Shown: positions 55,185 through 64,000 of the stretch, one piece after another | Layout: each line of letters starts with the position of its first letter | Position numbering within the stretch: the stretch's first letter is position 1 | From: an uncultured Acidobacteriota bacterium | GTDB lineage: Bacteria > Acidobacteriota > Thermoanaerobaculia > Multivoradales > UBA5704 | Assembly: GCA_963700145.1 (NCBI GenBank) | Contig: OY969474.1 | Location: 5,152,001-5,216,000 of the forward strand | Reading direction: 5' to 3' | DNA: 64,000 bases | Position numbers and translations under genes: made by a program | Notes under the pieces: model-generated | Database searches by the model: none | Told to the model about the DNA's origin: nothing | Seen by the model: only the letters and a program-made list of their open reading frames with translations

Positions 55185-57630
55185 GACCGGTCCCCGGCCA
55201 GATCGCGAGCCCGCGCGGGGCGTCGTCCCGCTCGCGCGAGGGGCAGAAGTCGCAGCCCCGGCAGAAGTCCCGCTGCTCCCCCCGGACGTAGCCGAGGAGC
55301 TTCTCGAAGTGCATCTGCTGCAGGCTTTTCCGGCGCAGGTTGCCGTACGAGGTCTGCCGCCGGTAGTCCATGGCGCAGAGCCGCATCTCGCCGTCGGCGG
55401 AGATGAACATCAGCGAGCGGGCGATCTTGCACAGGTTGTCCTCTTCCGCGTGGTCGCGGAAGATGTCCACCGCCACCAGCGGGTCGTCGCGGTAGGCGGC
55501 GGCGAAGCCGTCGAGAGACGCCGACTTGATCTCCGCCCCCAGCAGCCCGGCCCGGTTGTTGACCGGGTGCAGCCAGATCTGCGACGGGCCGCGCGGCCGC
55601 CAGTACTCGACGAACGCCGCGACCTCGTGCTGGTTGGCGGTGCAGACGACGAAGCTGGCCTGCACCCGCACTTGCGGCCAGGCGCGGCGGCGCAGCTCGA
55701 GGATCTCCTCCAGGTTGGCGACGATGCGGTCGAAGCGTTTCAGCTTCATCACCCGCCGGTGGGTCTCGGCGGTGGCGGCGTTGAGGCTGAAGTTGAAGCT
55801 CGCCAGCCCCAGCGCGGCCAGCTCCTCGAAGCGCCGCGGGGTGAGGAGCTCGCCGTTCGTGGTCATGGCGACGAAGGCGCCGGCCTCGGCCAGCGTGCTG
55901 ACGATGCGGTCGAGCTGCGGGTGGAGTGTCGACTCGCCGATGCCGCAGAGCACGACCTGCCGCCGTTTCGGCTCCCCCCGCAGCTCGTCGGCGAGCCGCT
56001 CGACGACCTCCAGGTCGAGGTAGCGCTTGCGGTCGGGCATCACCTCGCGCGGGCAGAAGCCGCAGACCGCGTTGCAGGCCGAGGTCACCTCCAGGTCGAT
56101 CGTCACGTCGCTCAGGTCGCCGAGCGTCTGGTACTGGAAGAAGTCGGTCGAGCAGACCACCTCGGGGCCACGCTCCGCGCCGGCGAAGGCGGTGACCGCG
56201 CGCTGGAAGTTGCCGCGCAGCTGGAAGCGGCGGTCCATCCGACGCCAGGCCGGCGGGCAGAAGCGGGTCTCCAGGTTCTGGAAGTGCGCCATCGCCTCGT
56301 CGACCGCGAAGCGGAGCGTCAGGTTCTTGGTCGACAGCCGGCGCAGGTAGAGGGCCCGGTCGAGCAGGCAGGTCTCGATCCCGGCGCGGTCGAGCTTGTG
56401 GAAGAGGATCGTGTCCTCGCCCGCGCGGTGGAGGTCCTCGTCCCACTCGTACCCGTCCACCTCGGCGAGCGCCGCCCGCGCCACCGCGTAGGGCTGGGTG
56501 ATCTCCAGTGGGTCGTTGGGGATGCCGTCGATCAGGTAGCGCTGGCGTGGCGGCAGCTCCTCCGCGACCAGCCCGACGATCCGCGCGCCGGCCCGGAAGC
56601 AGCGCGCCTCGGGGTGGCGGCGGGCGGCGGCGGCGAAGACCGCCAAGGCGTCGGGCAGCAGCATGTCGTCGTCGTCGATGGTGACGACGAAGTCGCCGCC
56701 GGCCCGCTCGGCCAGGCTCCGCCGGGTCGGTCCGGTCCCCCGGTTCTCCTGCCAGGTGCAGGCGATGCGCGGGTCGGCGAAGTCGGCGAGGATGGCGCGG
56801 ATCCGGGCCGCCGCGGCGGGAGGCGGGCCGTCGACGGCGAGCAGCAGCTCCCAGTGGGGCCAGGTCTGATCGCGCACCGAGCGCACCATGTCGGCCAGGA
56901 AGTCCGGCTTGAAGACCGGGCAGACGACGCTGAAGCGCGGGAAGGGCGCCGCGGCGGTCGCCGGGTCGGCGGGCGGGGGAACGGGGAGGAAGCGGCTGCG
57001 GCTCTCCAGCCGGAGCTGTGGCGGGACGGCCGCCGCCGCGTCGCGCTGGCGGCAATCGGCGTAGTCGGCGCGCAACGCCTCCCGGCGGTGGTACACCAGC
57101 TCCCCCGCCCAGGCGCGGGAGTCGAAGCGCGGCTCGAAGCCGTTGACGACGAGCGCCGGCCGCCCCGTCGCCCCGAGCTCCCGCGCGAGCGCGAGCAGGG
57201 CGAACTCCGGCGTCCGGCAGGTCAGGGCCGCCGAGCCGCTGAGCGCGGCGCGGTCGGCGAGGCAGAGCCAGGAGGGGAGGAGAGGCGCGGCGGCCGGGCA
57301 GTCGGCGCGCTCCGCCGCCAGGCCGAGCACGCTGCGCAGGGCCGGAGTCCAGAAGGTGAGCGCCGGAGCGTCCGGCCGCGCCGCCGCCGCTGCCACGAGA
57401 AGGCGCCAGCCGCTTTCGTCGAGCGCGACCGCGTCGTCGAGGAACAGGACGCGGCGGGCCGCGCCCTCGAGGAGCCGCGAGCGGACCGCCGCGAGGTCGT
57501 CGCCCAGCCGGTAGCGGACGACCTCGCCGCAGCCCCCTTCGCCCGGGGCCGGGAGCCGCGCCGCCGGCGCGGCGCGGCCGCCGCAGCCTTCCCGCAGGAA
57601 GACGTCGATCCGCTCCGGCGCGCCGCTCAC
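55141..57630 (-). CDS. GT2 glycosyltransferase - radical SAM - SPASM/twitch fusion
   Basis: GTG 57630 overlaps the upstream stop. GT2: FSVVCPVF, TIDDDD, GED. rSAM: CNAVCGFC, GIGESTLHP, TTNG. C-terminal CKIA...LCAMD...CRGCDFC. Confidence 0.88.
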   Translation of the reverse strand: MSGAPERIDVFLREGCGGRAAPAARLPAPGEGGCGEVVRYRLGDDLAAVRSRLLEGAARRVLFLDDAVALDESGWRLLVAAAAARPDAPALTFWTPALRSVLGLAAERADCPAAAPLLPSWLCLADRAALSGSAALTCRTPEFALLALARELGATGRPALVVNGFEPRFDSRAWAGELVYHRREALRADYADCRQRDAAAAVPPQLRLESRSRFLPVPPPADPATAAAPFPRFSVVCPVFKPDFLADMVRSVRDQTWPHWELLLAVDGPPPAAAARIRAILADFADPRIACTWQENRGTGPTRRSLAERAGGDFVVTIDDDDMLLPDALAVFAAAARRHPEARCFRAGARIVGLVAEELPPRQRYLIDGIPNDPLEITQPYAVARAALAEVDGYEWDEDLHRAGEDTILFHKLDRAGIETCLLDRALYLRRLSTKNLTLRFAVDEAMAHFQNLETRFCPPAWRRMDRRFQLRGNFQRAVTAFAGAERGPEVVCSTDFFQYQTLGDLSDVTIDLEVTSACNAVCGFCPREVMPDRKRYLDLEVVERLADELRGEPKRRQVVLCGIGESTLHPQLDRIVSTLAEAGAFVAMTTNGELLTPRRFEELAALGLASFNFSLNAATAETHRRVMKLKRFDRIVANLEEILELRRRAWPQVRVQASFVVCTANQHEVAAFVEYWRPRGPSQIWLHPVNNRAGLLGAEIKSASLDGFAAAYRDDPLVAVDIFRDHAEEDNLCKIARSLMFISADGEMRLCAMDYRRQTSYGNLRRKSLQQMHFEKLLGYVRGEQRDFCRGCDFCPSRERDDAPRGLAIWPGTGHGMDDLPLVAAPRP

Positions 57631-58478
57631 AAAGGGGCGACCTCGCCGGCGTAATCCATCCTCTGGCGCAGGTCGTCGTGCTCCGGCATGTGCCCCCACT
57701 CCGCCTCGAAGATCCGGAAGTTGTGGAAGACGATGTCGCTCTTCTCGTCCTGCGTCTTCTCGGTGTAGGTGGCGTGCCCCAAGTGGTAGACGAAGCAGTC
57801 CTCGCGCACCACCAGGCGGTAGCCGAGCTGCCGCAACTGACAGGAGAGGGCGAGGTCCTCGAAGTAGCCGTGGCGGTAGGCGAGGCCGAAGAGTCCCACG
57901 CGCTCGAAGAGCCGGCGTTCGAGCGCCAGGCACATGCCGGTCAGGTAGGGCGCCTCGGTGATCGTCCCGGCCGGGACCGGGCGGAGGCGGTGGAACTGCC
58001 GGTCGAGGTCCGCGCCGGGGTCTTCGACCGCGTCCGGGAGCAAGCCGGCGAGCGCCGGCCGGTACTGGAAGAGGTCCGTGGGATGGTTCGACACCGGCGC
58101 CGCGGCGCCCACCCGCGGGTCGACCATCGCCTCCAGCAGCCGGAGGTCGAACTCGGGCGTGACCACCGTGTCGCTGTTGAGGAAGAAGACGTACGGCCGC
58201 CGGCCGGCGCAGAAGCCCGCGCACAGGGCCTCCTTGTAGCCCCGGTTCTCGGGCAGCGTCACCACCTCGATCGGCCGCCCGGCCCGCGCCACGAACTCGT
58301 CGACGGCGCGCCGCTCCCGCGGCCGCGACCCGTCGTCGATCAGGACGACGTGATGCCGTCTCCCGATGGCCGCGAGCAGGGCGCGCAGGCAGCGGAGGAG
58401 GACCTCGTGCTTGTTGAAGAAAGGCACGAGGATGTCCGCCTCGGGTGGAGCCGGCCGCGCCGGCCAGCGGCCGGTCAC
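57627..58478 (-). CDS. GT2 family glycosyltransferase
   Basis: DILVPFFN, IDDGS, FLNSDT, GYFED, FVYHLG. Confidence 0.92.
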   Translation of the reverse strand: MTGRWPARPAPPEADILVPFFNKHEVLLRCLRALLAAIGRRHHVVLIDDGSRPRERRAVDEFVARAGRPIEVVTLPENRGYKEALCAGFCAGRRPYVFFLNSDTVVTPEFDLRLLEAMVDPRVGAAAPVSNHPTDLFQYRPALAGLLPDAVEDPGADLDRQFHRLRPVPAGTITEAPYLTGMCLALERRLFERVGLFGLAYRHGYFEDLALSCQLRQLGYRLVVREDCFVYHLGHATYTEKTQDEKSDIVFHNFRIFEAEWGHMPEHDDLRQRMDYAGEVAPL

Positions 58479-58714
58479 TTGCCCTTGGCTTGCTGGGCCT
58501 CGAGCTGCTTCGCCAACTCCCTCATCTGCACGTGCTTGGCGATGACGACCTCGGCGAGCTTCTTCATCTGCAGGTGCTTGGCGATGACGACCTCGGCGAG
58601 CTTCTTCATCTGTACGTGCTTGGCGATGATCACCTCGGCCACTTTCTTCGACCGCAAGGCCTGGGCGCGCTCGAGAAGCTGCTCCTCGCTCAGGTACTCA
58701 CCTTTGTTGCTCAT
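58475..58714 (-). CDS. 79-aa peptide with three tandem 14-aa repeats; candidate precursor or substrate peptide
   Basis: SD AAAGGGGG; overlaps both neighbours; (KK[V/L]AEV[I/V]IAKH[V/L]QM)x3. Confidence 0.85.
   Translation of the reverse strand: MSNKGEYLSEEQLLERAQALRSKKVAEVIIAKHVQMKKLAEVVIAKHLQMKKLAEVVIAKHVQMRELAKQLEAQQAKGK
58523..58648. repeat. 3 x 42-bp in-frame tandem repeat
   Basis: Units at 58523-58564, 58565-58606 and 58607-58648; differences are synonymous or V/L/I swaps. Confidence 0.97.
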
Positions 58715-59903
58715 CGTGCCCCCTTTCGTCGGATCGGTTGGTTCGTGGAACGGTCAGGATCTCCTCGACGACGGCGCGCGGCTCCGGCAGGGCGGAGCGC
58801 TGCCGCCGCCAGCGGCGGCAGTTCCGCTTCAAGGCGGCGCGGCGCTCGTCGTCGAACAGCAGCGCGGCCGCACGGCCGACCACCTCGGTCTCATTCAAGA
58901 CTTCCGCCACTTCGTAGCAGCCGGCGATCTCGAAGCGCCCCTCGAGCGCGTCGGAGATCTCGCACATGCCGTACGGGAAGACGCGGTAGGGAAAAAAGCG
59001 GCCCGCCAGGAAACTGCCGGCCTCCAGGCCGCGACTCGCCTCGGAGTTGGCGAGCAGGAGGGCCGGCGTGCCGAGATGGAAGGCGTCGACGATGCAGGAG
59101 AGGAGCGAGTCGGCGAGGTAGAGGTCGGCGGCGCCGACCAACGCCAGGAACTCCTCGTAGGGGACGAACGGCACGTGCCGCACGTGCGCCAGGCCGGCCA
59201 GCTCGGGGAGGGGCCGCGGCATCAGCAGGAAGACCTGGGCGCGGTCCAGCGGCGGGCGCGAGAGCAGCCCGCCGAGGTGCCGGTAGTAGCCGGGGAAGTG
59301 CTCCTGGATGTAGTCGAAGCGGTTGCGGGAGACGGCGTAGACCAGCGACCGTCTGTCCGGGTCGCCGCCGTGGCGGGCGAGGGTCTCGGCGCGCGGGCGA
59401 CGGCGCGCCGCGGCGTAGGCGCGGCGGGCGCGGAAGTGGCGGGCGTTGGGGCTCGTGGGTTCGAGCGACATGTAGCGCAGCGCCCACACCCAGTGCGGCA
59501 CGGCGGCGAAGCGCTTCGGCTCGGCGCTGCCCGGCAGGCGCAGGTCGAAGCCGATCTCGAAGGGATCGAACGACAGCACCGGCACGCCGAGGTCGTGCGG
59601 CTCGAGCGGGAAGGAGCCGAAGGTCGCCCCCTCCTGGCCGGGGAGGTTCCAGAAGCCGTTACAGGCGACGACGACGGCGTCCGCCGCGAAGTGGTCGACG
59701 GCGGCGAGGATCGTCTCCCGGACGTGGACCGCGGGGGCGAAGAAGAACCGCTCGTCGCGCGGATCGAGGAACGGCGCCAGGCGCGGGCTGAGGACGAACC
59801 CGTAGCGGTAACGCCGGCGCCCCAGGTCCGCGATCCAGGCCTGGCAGAGCGACAGGTCGCCCATGTTGGAGCCGGTCGTGACGACGAACAGCAGCTTCCT
59901 CAT
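58698..59903 (-). CDS. GT-B-fold-like protein of unknown function, first gene of the operon
   Basis: N-terminal LLFVVTTGSNMGD loop and C-terminal FVPYEEFLALVGAADLYL resemble GT-B donor-binding regions; fold is inferred. Confidence 0.6.
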   Translation of the reverse strand: MRKLLFVVTTGSNMGDLSLCQAWIADLGRRRYRYGFVLSPRLAPFLDPRDERFFFAPAVHVRETILAAVDHFAADAVVVACNGFWNLPGQEGATFGSFPLEPHDLGVPVLSFDPFEIGFDLRLPGSAEPKRFAAVPHWVWALRYMSLEPTSPNARHFRARRAYAAARRRPRAETLARHGGDPDRRSLVYAVSRNRFDYIQEHFPGYYRHLGGLLSRPPLDRAQVFLLMPRPLPELAGLAHVRHVPFVPYEEFLALVGAADLYLADSLLSCIVDAFHLGTPALLLANSEASRGLEAGSFLAGRFFPYRVFPYGMCEISDALEGRFEIAGCYEVAEVLNETEVVGRAAALLFDDERRAALKRNCRRWRRQRSALPEPRAVVEEILTVPRTNRSDERGHDEQQR

Positions 59904-59987
59904 CCACACCCCGAAGGAGAAACTTCAAGGGGCCGCGACAGGCCACGGCCCCGAGTTCAGGCACCTGCGACTTTCCGAGATTGCTTC

Positions 59988-60015
59988 CTTATCTCTTTCA
60001 TGCAGGGCATGTCAA
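59988..60015 (-). promoter_or_regulatory. Possible sigma70 promoter of the biosynthetic operon
   Basis: Perfect TTGACA (60015-60010), 16-bp spacer, weak -10 GATAAG; a GGGGCCG...CGGCCCC hairpin follows in the leader. Confidence 0.35.
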
Positions 60016-60039
60016 GAGTCTCCCGCGGCAAACGAGACG

Positions 60040-60909
60040 TCACGCCGGCGGCTGGCGCCGCCAGCGCTTGTGCCACCAGACCCACTGCTCGGGGCGGCGG
60101 CGGACCTGGGATTCGATGGCGGCGGTCATCAGGGCGGTGGCGGCGGTCTCGTCGGGGAGGAGGTCAAGAGCCGGGAGGCAGCGGATCAAGTGGGTGCCGT
60201 CCTCCCGGCGCTCGCCGAAGATCGGCACGGCCGTCACCCCCTGGCGCAACGCGATCCGCGCCGCCCCGACCGGCGTAAAGGCAGGGCGGCCGAAGAAGGG
60301 GACCCAGACGCCTTCGACGCGGGTGTCTTGGTCGATCAGGATGGCGAGCGCGCCGCCCTTGCGCAGCACCTCGAGGAGCTGGCGGCCGGCGGCGCGGCCG
60401 CCGCGGGCGATGGTGGTGGCGCCCATCGCGCCGCGCACGGCGAGCAGCAGCTCCTGGAGCGACGGGTCTTCGATCTCACGCGCCGCGGCCGCCAGCGGCA
60501 GGCCCTGCAGCGTGAAGGCGCCGGCGATCAGCTCCCAGTTGCCGCAGTGGCCGGTGACCCCGAGCACCGCCCGCCCGCCGGCGCGCGCCGCCTCGATCTG
60601 CTCCCAGCCTTCGATCGTGAGGCGCGGGGCCAGCTCACCGACCCCGCGCCGCGTCAGGTGAAGCAGCTCGGTCAGGTTCATCCCCTGATTCAGGAAGGCG
60701 CCGCGGGCGATGGCGCGTCGCTCGGCGGCGGAGCGCTCGGGAAAGGCGAGGGCGAGATGGTCGAGGGCGCGCCGCCGGTCGCGGCGCGACAGCGCCCAGC
60801 CGAGCCGGCCGATGCCGCGCCCCAGCCGCTGCGCGCCGCCCCACGAGAGAACGCCGCAGACGACGGCGAGGCCGCGCAGGGCCAGGCCGAGAGGAGAGGG
60901 GATCGGCAA
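60040..60909 (-). CDS. lpxL: Lipid A biosynthesis acyltransferase (LpxL/HtrB family)
   Basis: TGHCGNWE, LIDQD, VPFFGRPA, PEQWVWWHKRWR. Confidence 0.9.
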   Translation of the reverse strand: MPIPSPLGLALRGLAVVCGVLSWGGAQRLGRGIGRLGWALSRRDRRRALDHLALAFPERSAAERRAIARGAFLNQGMNLTELLHLTRRGVGELAPRLTIEGWEQIEAARAGGRAVLGVTGHCGNWELIAGAFTLQGLPLAAAAREIEDPSLQELLLAVRGAMGATTIARGGRAAGRQLLEVLRKGGALAILIDQDTRVEGVWVPFFGRPAFTPVGAARIALRQGVTAVPIFGERREDGTHLIRCLPALDLLPDETAATALMTAAIESQVRRRPEQWVWWHKRWRRQPPA

Positions 60910-60978
60910 GCGGAGCGAAGCCTAGCAGCGCGGAATGGCATGGGCGGCCGGAGGGTTCTCCGGCGTATGCCTCGGCGT

Positions 60979-62387
60979 ATGCGTTCGCGTCCCCTTGGTC
61001 TGCTCTTCCTCCTGCTCGGCGCCGGGCTCGTGCTGCCCCGCCCGCTCGCGGCCGCGGTCGACCGCTGGACACCCACCGGGCCCGACGTCGCCGCCGTGCC
61101 CTCCCTCGCCGTCGGCCCGACGGGCGTGGTCTACGCCGGGACCGCGGAGTTCGGCGTCTTCCGCAGCACCGACCGCGGCGCGCGCTGGAGCGCCATGCGC
61201 GGTGCGTCGAGCTTTTCGGACGTGCAGGAGCTGGCGCTCGATCCCGGCGACCCCCGGACCGTCTACGCCCTGCGCAGGTTCAGCGGCCTCTTCCGCAGCC
61301 GCGACGGCGGCCCCTGGCTGTACGTCGGGCCGGGGGGGTCGCCGTCGAGCGCCGACGCCTTCGCGGTCGCCCCTTCCGATCCGAACCGCCTCTACCTGCT
61401 GAACGGTCCCACCCTGTACGTGAGCCGGGACCGCGGAGCGACCTGGGTCACCCTGGTGGACTACGTCCCGGGGGTCCAGGTGGCCGACTCGAACACCCTG
61501 CACGTCGATCCGCGCGACCCGGACGTCGTCCTGGTCGGCAGCGATTTCAACGGGGTGATCCGCTCGACCGACGGCGGCCTCACCTGGCAGTTCGGCCAGG
61601 GGGAGGGCGGGACCCGCGGACCGGTGCTCGTCGTCGCCCTGGCGCTCGACCCCCGCAACCCGGACGTCCAGTACACCGGCAGCCAGGGGGAGGGGATCTG
61701 GAAGAGCACGGATGGCGGCAGGGTCTGGCGGCAGGTGCTGGCCTTTCCCGGCTTCGGCGACGTGCCGGTCGCCCTCGCCGTCGACCCGGCGCAGAGCCGG
61801 CGGGTCTACGCCGCGGTGCTGCGCGCGGTCCCGTCGTCGCCGCACGGGTGACGTTCGCCCGCGACGGACGGGTCAACGGCCTGGTGATCCACCCTCTCCG
61901 CCCCGCGTCGGTGTTCGCCGGGGCGACGACCGGCTTCTTCCGCAGCCGTGACGCGGGGGAGCGCTGGGTCCAGCTGGGCGACGGCCTGCCGGGAGTGTGC
62001 GGCAGGCAGGACACCGTCGTCCTGGATCCGTTCGCCCGCAACACCTTCTACGCCTTGTCGTGCCACGCGACCCGGCTGGTGTTCAAGAGCACCGACTCGG
62101 GCGCGCACTGGGCGCCGACCGGTCTCACCCACGACGGCACGAACCTGTCGCTCGACGTGCTGCTGGCCGACCCGCGCCGGCGCGGCGCCGTCTACGCCGG
62201 CGGGTCGGAGGGACTCTTCGCCACCGGCGACGGCGGCGCGAGCTGGCGGCGGTTCGACAGCGGGCTGCCGAAGGAGCTGTTCGGTGTGCCGTGGATCATG
62301 AGCCTGGCGGCCGACCCGCGCGTGCCCGGCCGGATCTACGCCGGCCTGCGCGGCGGTGGGCTGTTCACGATGCTGCGCAGCGACTAG
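60979..62387 (+). pseudogene. Secreted BNR/Asp-box beta-propeller protein split into two ORFs (60979-61851 and 61848-62387)
   Basis: Signal peptide; S-x-D-x-G-x-x-W repeats continue in both ORFs; frame change near 61850; the second ORF has no signal peptide. Confidence 0.65.
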
Positions 62388-62953
62388 GAAGCTCCGTCGA
62401 CCCAGCCGGCGACCAGCCGATCCCAGTCGCCGCGGGCGCGCAGGACGGCCTCGATCATCTCGCGTACCGCCTCCCGCCCCCCGTCCCGTTCGAGCACTCG
62501 GTGGACCCGCGCCCGCACCTCGGCGACGGCGTCGGCCGGCGCGAAGGAGAGGCCGCAGCGGGCGAGGACCGGGAGGTCGAGGAGGTCGTCGCCGGCGTAG
62601 GCCACGCGCGCCGGGTCGGCGCCGTGCTCGGCCAGGAACTCGCCGAAGGCGGCCCCCTTGTCGGCGCGGTCGAGGATGACGGCGTCGAGCCCCAGCTCGC
62701 GGGCGCGCGTCGAGAGCGCCGCGGCGCCGCGCCCGGAGAGAATCCCGACCTTGAGCCCCGCGCGCTGCGCCAGCTTGAGCGCCAGCCCGTCGCGGACGTG
62801 GAACACCTTGAGCTCCTCGCCGCCGGCGCCGTAGGTCAGCAGCCCGTCCGTCAGCACCCCGTCGACGTCGAAGAGCAGCCACTCCAGCGCCCGCGCGCGG
62901 CGGGTGAACTCCTCTTCGGACAGCGCGTCGCTCAGAACAGCTCCAGCTTCCAC
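62384..62953 (-). CDS. kdsC: Kdo-8-phosphate phosphatase
   Basis: FDVDGVLTDG, FHVRDG, LSGR, GDDLLD, GGREAVRE; start uncertain (GTG 62953). Confidence 0.92.
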   Translation of the reverse strand: MEAGAVLSDALSEEEFTRRARALEWLLFDVDGVLTDGLLTYGAGGEELKVFHVRDGLALKLAQRAGLKVGILSGRGAAALSTRARELGLDAVILDRADKGAAFGEFLAEHGADPARVAYAGDDLLDLPVLARCGLSFAPADAVAEVRARVHRVLERDGGREAVREMIEAVLRARGDWDRLVAGWVDGAS

Positions 62954-63924
62954 AGGTCGTGGAGGTGCACGATCCCTTCGAGCCGCCCGGCGGCGTCGCA
63001 GACGAAGAGGGAGGTGATGCGGTGCTCCTCCATCTCGTTGAGGGCGGCCGAGGCCAGCTCCTCGCCGGCGATCGTGCGCGGGCTGCGATGCATGCACTCG
63101 CCGGCGGTGCGGCGGAGGACGTTCTCGTCGTCGCGCTCCAGCAACCGTCGCAGGTCGCCGTCCGAGATGCAGCCGAGGAGCTTCCCCTCGCCGTCCACGA
63201 CCGCGGTGATCCCGAGCTTCTTGGCCGACATCTCGTAGATCGCCTCGCGCATCGGCGTCTCGGGGCCGACGCGCGGCAGCGCCTCGCCGGCGTGCATCAG
63301 CTCGGTGACCTTGAGGAGCCGCTTGCCGATCCGGCCGGCGGGGTGGAGGCGCGCGAAGTCCTCGCGGGTGAAGCCGCGCGCCTCCAAGAGGGCCATGGCG
63401 AGGGCGTCGCCGAGCGCCAGCATCGCCGTCGTCGAGGCGGTGGGCGCGAGGTTGAGCGGGCAGGCCTCGCGGTCGATCGCCACCGAGAGGTGGGCGTCGG
63501 CGTGGCGGGCGAGCGGGCTCTCGCCGCTGCCGGTCATGGCGACGAGCGGCACGCCGAGGCGCTTGAGGGTCTGCACCAGCCGCAGCAGCTCCTCGGTCGT
63601 CCCCGAGTAGGAGGCGGCGAGCACCACGTCCCCCTCGACGATCGCGCCGAGGTCGCCGTGCACCGCCTCGGCGGGGTGGAGGAAGAGGGCCGGCGTGCCG
63701 GTCGAGGTCAGCGTCGCCGCCACCTTGCGCATCACGATGCCGCTCTTCCCCATGCCGGTGCAGACGACCCGCCCCTGGCAGGCGCGCAGCAGCTCGACCG
63801 CGCGGTCGAAGCTCTCGTCGAGCTGCGCGAGCAGGCCGCGGATCGCCGCCGCCTCGGTCTCCAGCACCTCGACGGCCACCTCGCGCGGCGGGCGGCCCGG
63901 CACAGGTTCCACAGCCCGCTTCAT
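62932..63924 (-). CDS. kdsD: Arabinose-5-phosphate isomerase (KpsF/GutQ; SIS plus 2 CBS domains)
   Basis: GMGKSG, HPAEAVHGDLG, APTASTT, HPAG, GCISDGDLRR, HLHDL. Confidence 0.95.
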   Translation of the reverse strand: MKRAVEPVPGRPPREVAVEVLETEAAAIRGLLAQLDESFDRAVELLRACQGRVVCTGMGKSGIVMRKVAATLTSTGTPALFLHPAEAVHGDLGAIVEGDVVLAASYSGTTEELLRLVQTLKRLGVPLVAMTGSGESPLARHADAHLSVAIDREACPLNLAPTASTTAMLALGDALAMALLEARGFTREDFARLHPAGRIGKRLLKVTELMHAGEALPRVGPETPMREAIYEMSAKKLGITAVVDGEGKLLGCISDGDLRRLLERDDENVLRRTAGECMHRSPRTIAGEELASAALNEMEEHRITSLFVCDAAGRLEGIVHLHDLWKLELF

Positions 63925-64000
63925 ACCGAAACCTCGACGCCCGCCAGCGCCCGCCGCAAGGCGGCGAGGGACGCCAGGAGCACTTCCGCCCGCTCGGGGT
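63921..64000 (-). CDS. C-terminal end of an upstream gene, probably KdsA by context
   Basis: ...PERAEVLLASLAALRRALAGVEVSV*; stop overlaps the kdsD ATG (ATGA). Confidence 0.4.
   Translation of the reverse strand, partial: PERAEVLLASLAALRRALAGVEVSV

Noticed and set aside
49812-60278. Long plus-strand ORFs (1058, 865 and 866 aa)
   Set aside because: Antisense shadows of the biosynthetic operon.

Overview
High-GC Gram-negative bacterial chromosome segment. Gene content (Kdo/lipid A genes, YfhO, sulfatase, SPFH pair) is compatible with an Acidobacteriota-like organism, which is inference only. The housekeeping backbone is moxR-DUF58, rsmA, ftsK, ctpA, tatA/B-tatC, lpxL and kdsC-kdsD. Four accessory blocks interrupt it. 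(1) 2.5-9.1 kb: a decaying toxin-antitoxin hotspot with a 13x20-bp tandem array and two matching 1459-bp IS256-family copies, one inside a symE-like toxin remnant and one inside a zinc-ribbon gene. (2) 14.6-18.1 kb: a TIR-STAND ATPase-TPR protein and a nucleotidyltransferase. (3) 27.2-44.7 kb: an operon of membrane-anchored vWA, a tubulin/FtsZ-like GTPase, a degenerate membrane-bound tubulin-like paralogue, a multi-TM degenerate Hrq1/YprA-type helicase and a lipoprotein, divergent from a TAXI-receptor/ion-channel/RCK fusion. (4) 46.8-59.9 kb: a tightly coupled 10-gene biosynthetic operon around a 79-aa peptide with three 14-aa repeats, with glycosyltransferases, radical SAM enzymes, a PIG-L deacetylase, a kinase and an HxG-type Fe/2OG enzyme. 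Blocks 3 and 4 are the best candidates for undescribed systems. All family calls come from motif recognition by eye; no searches were run.
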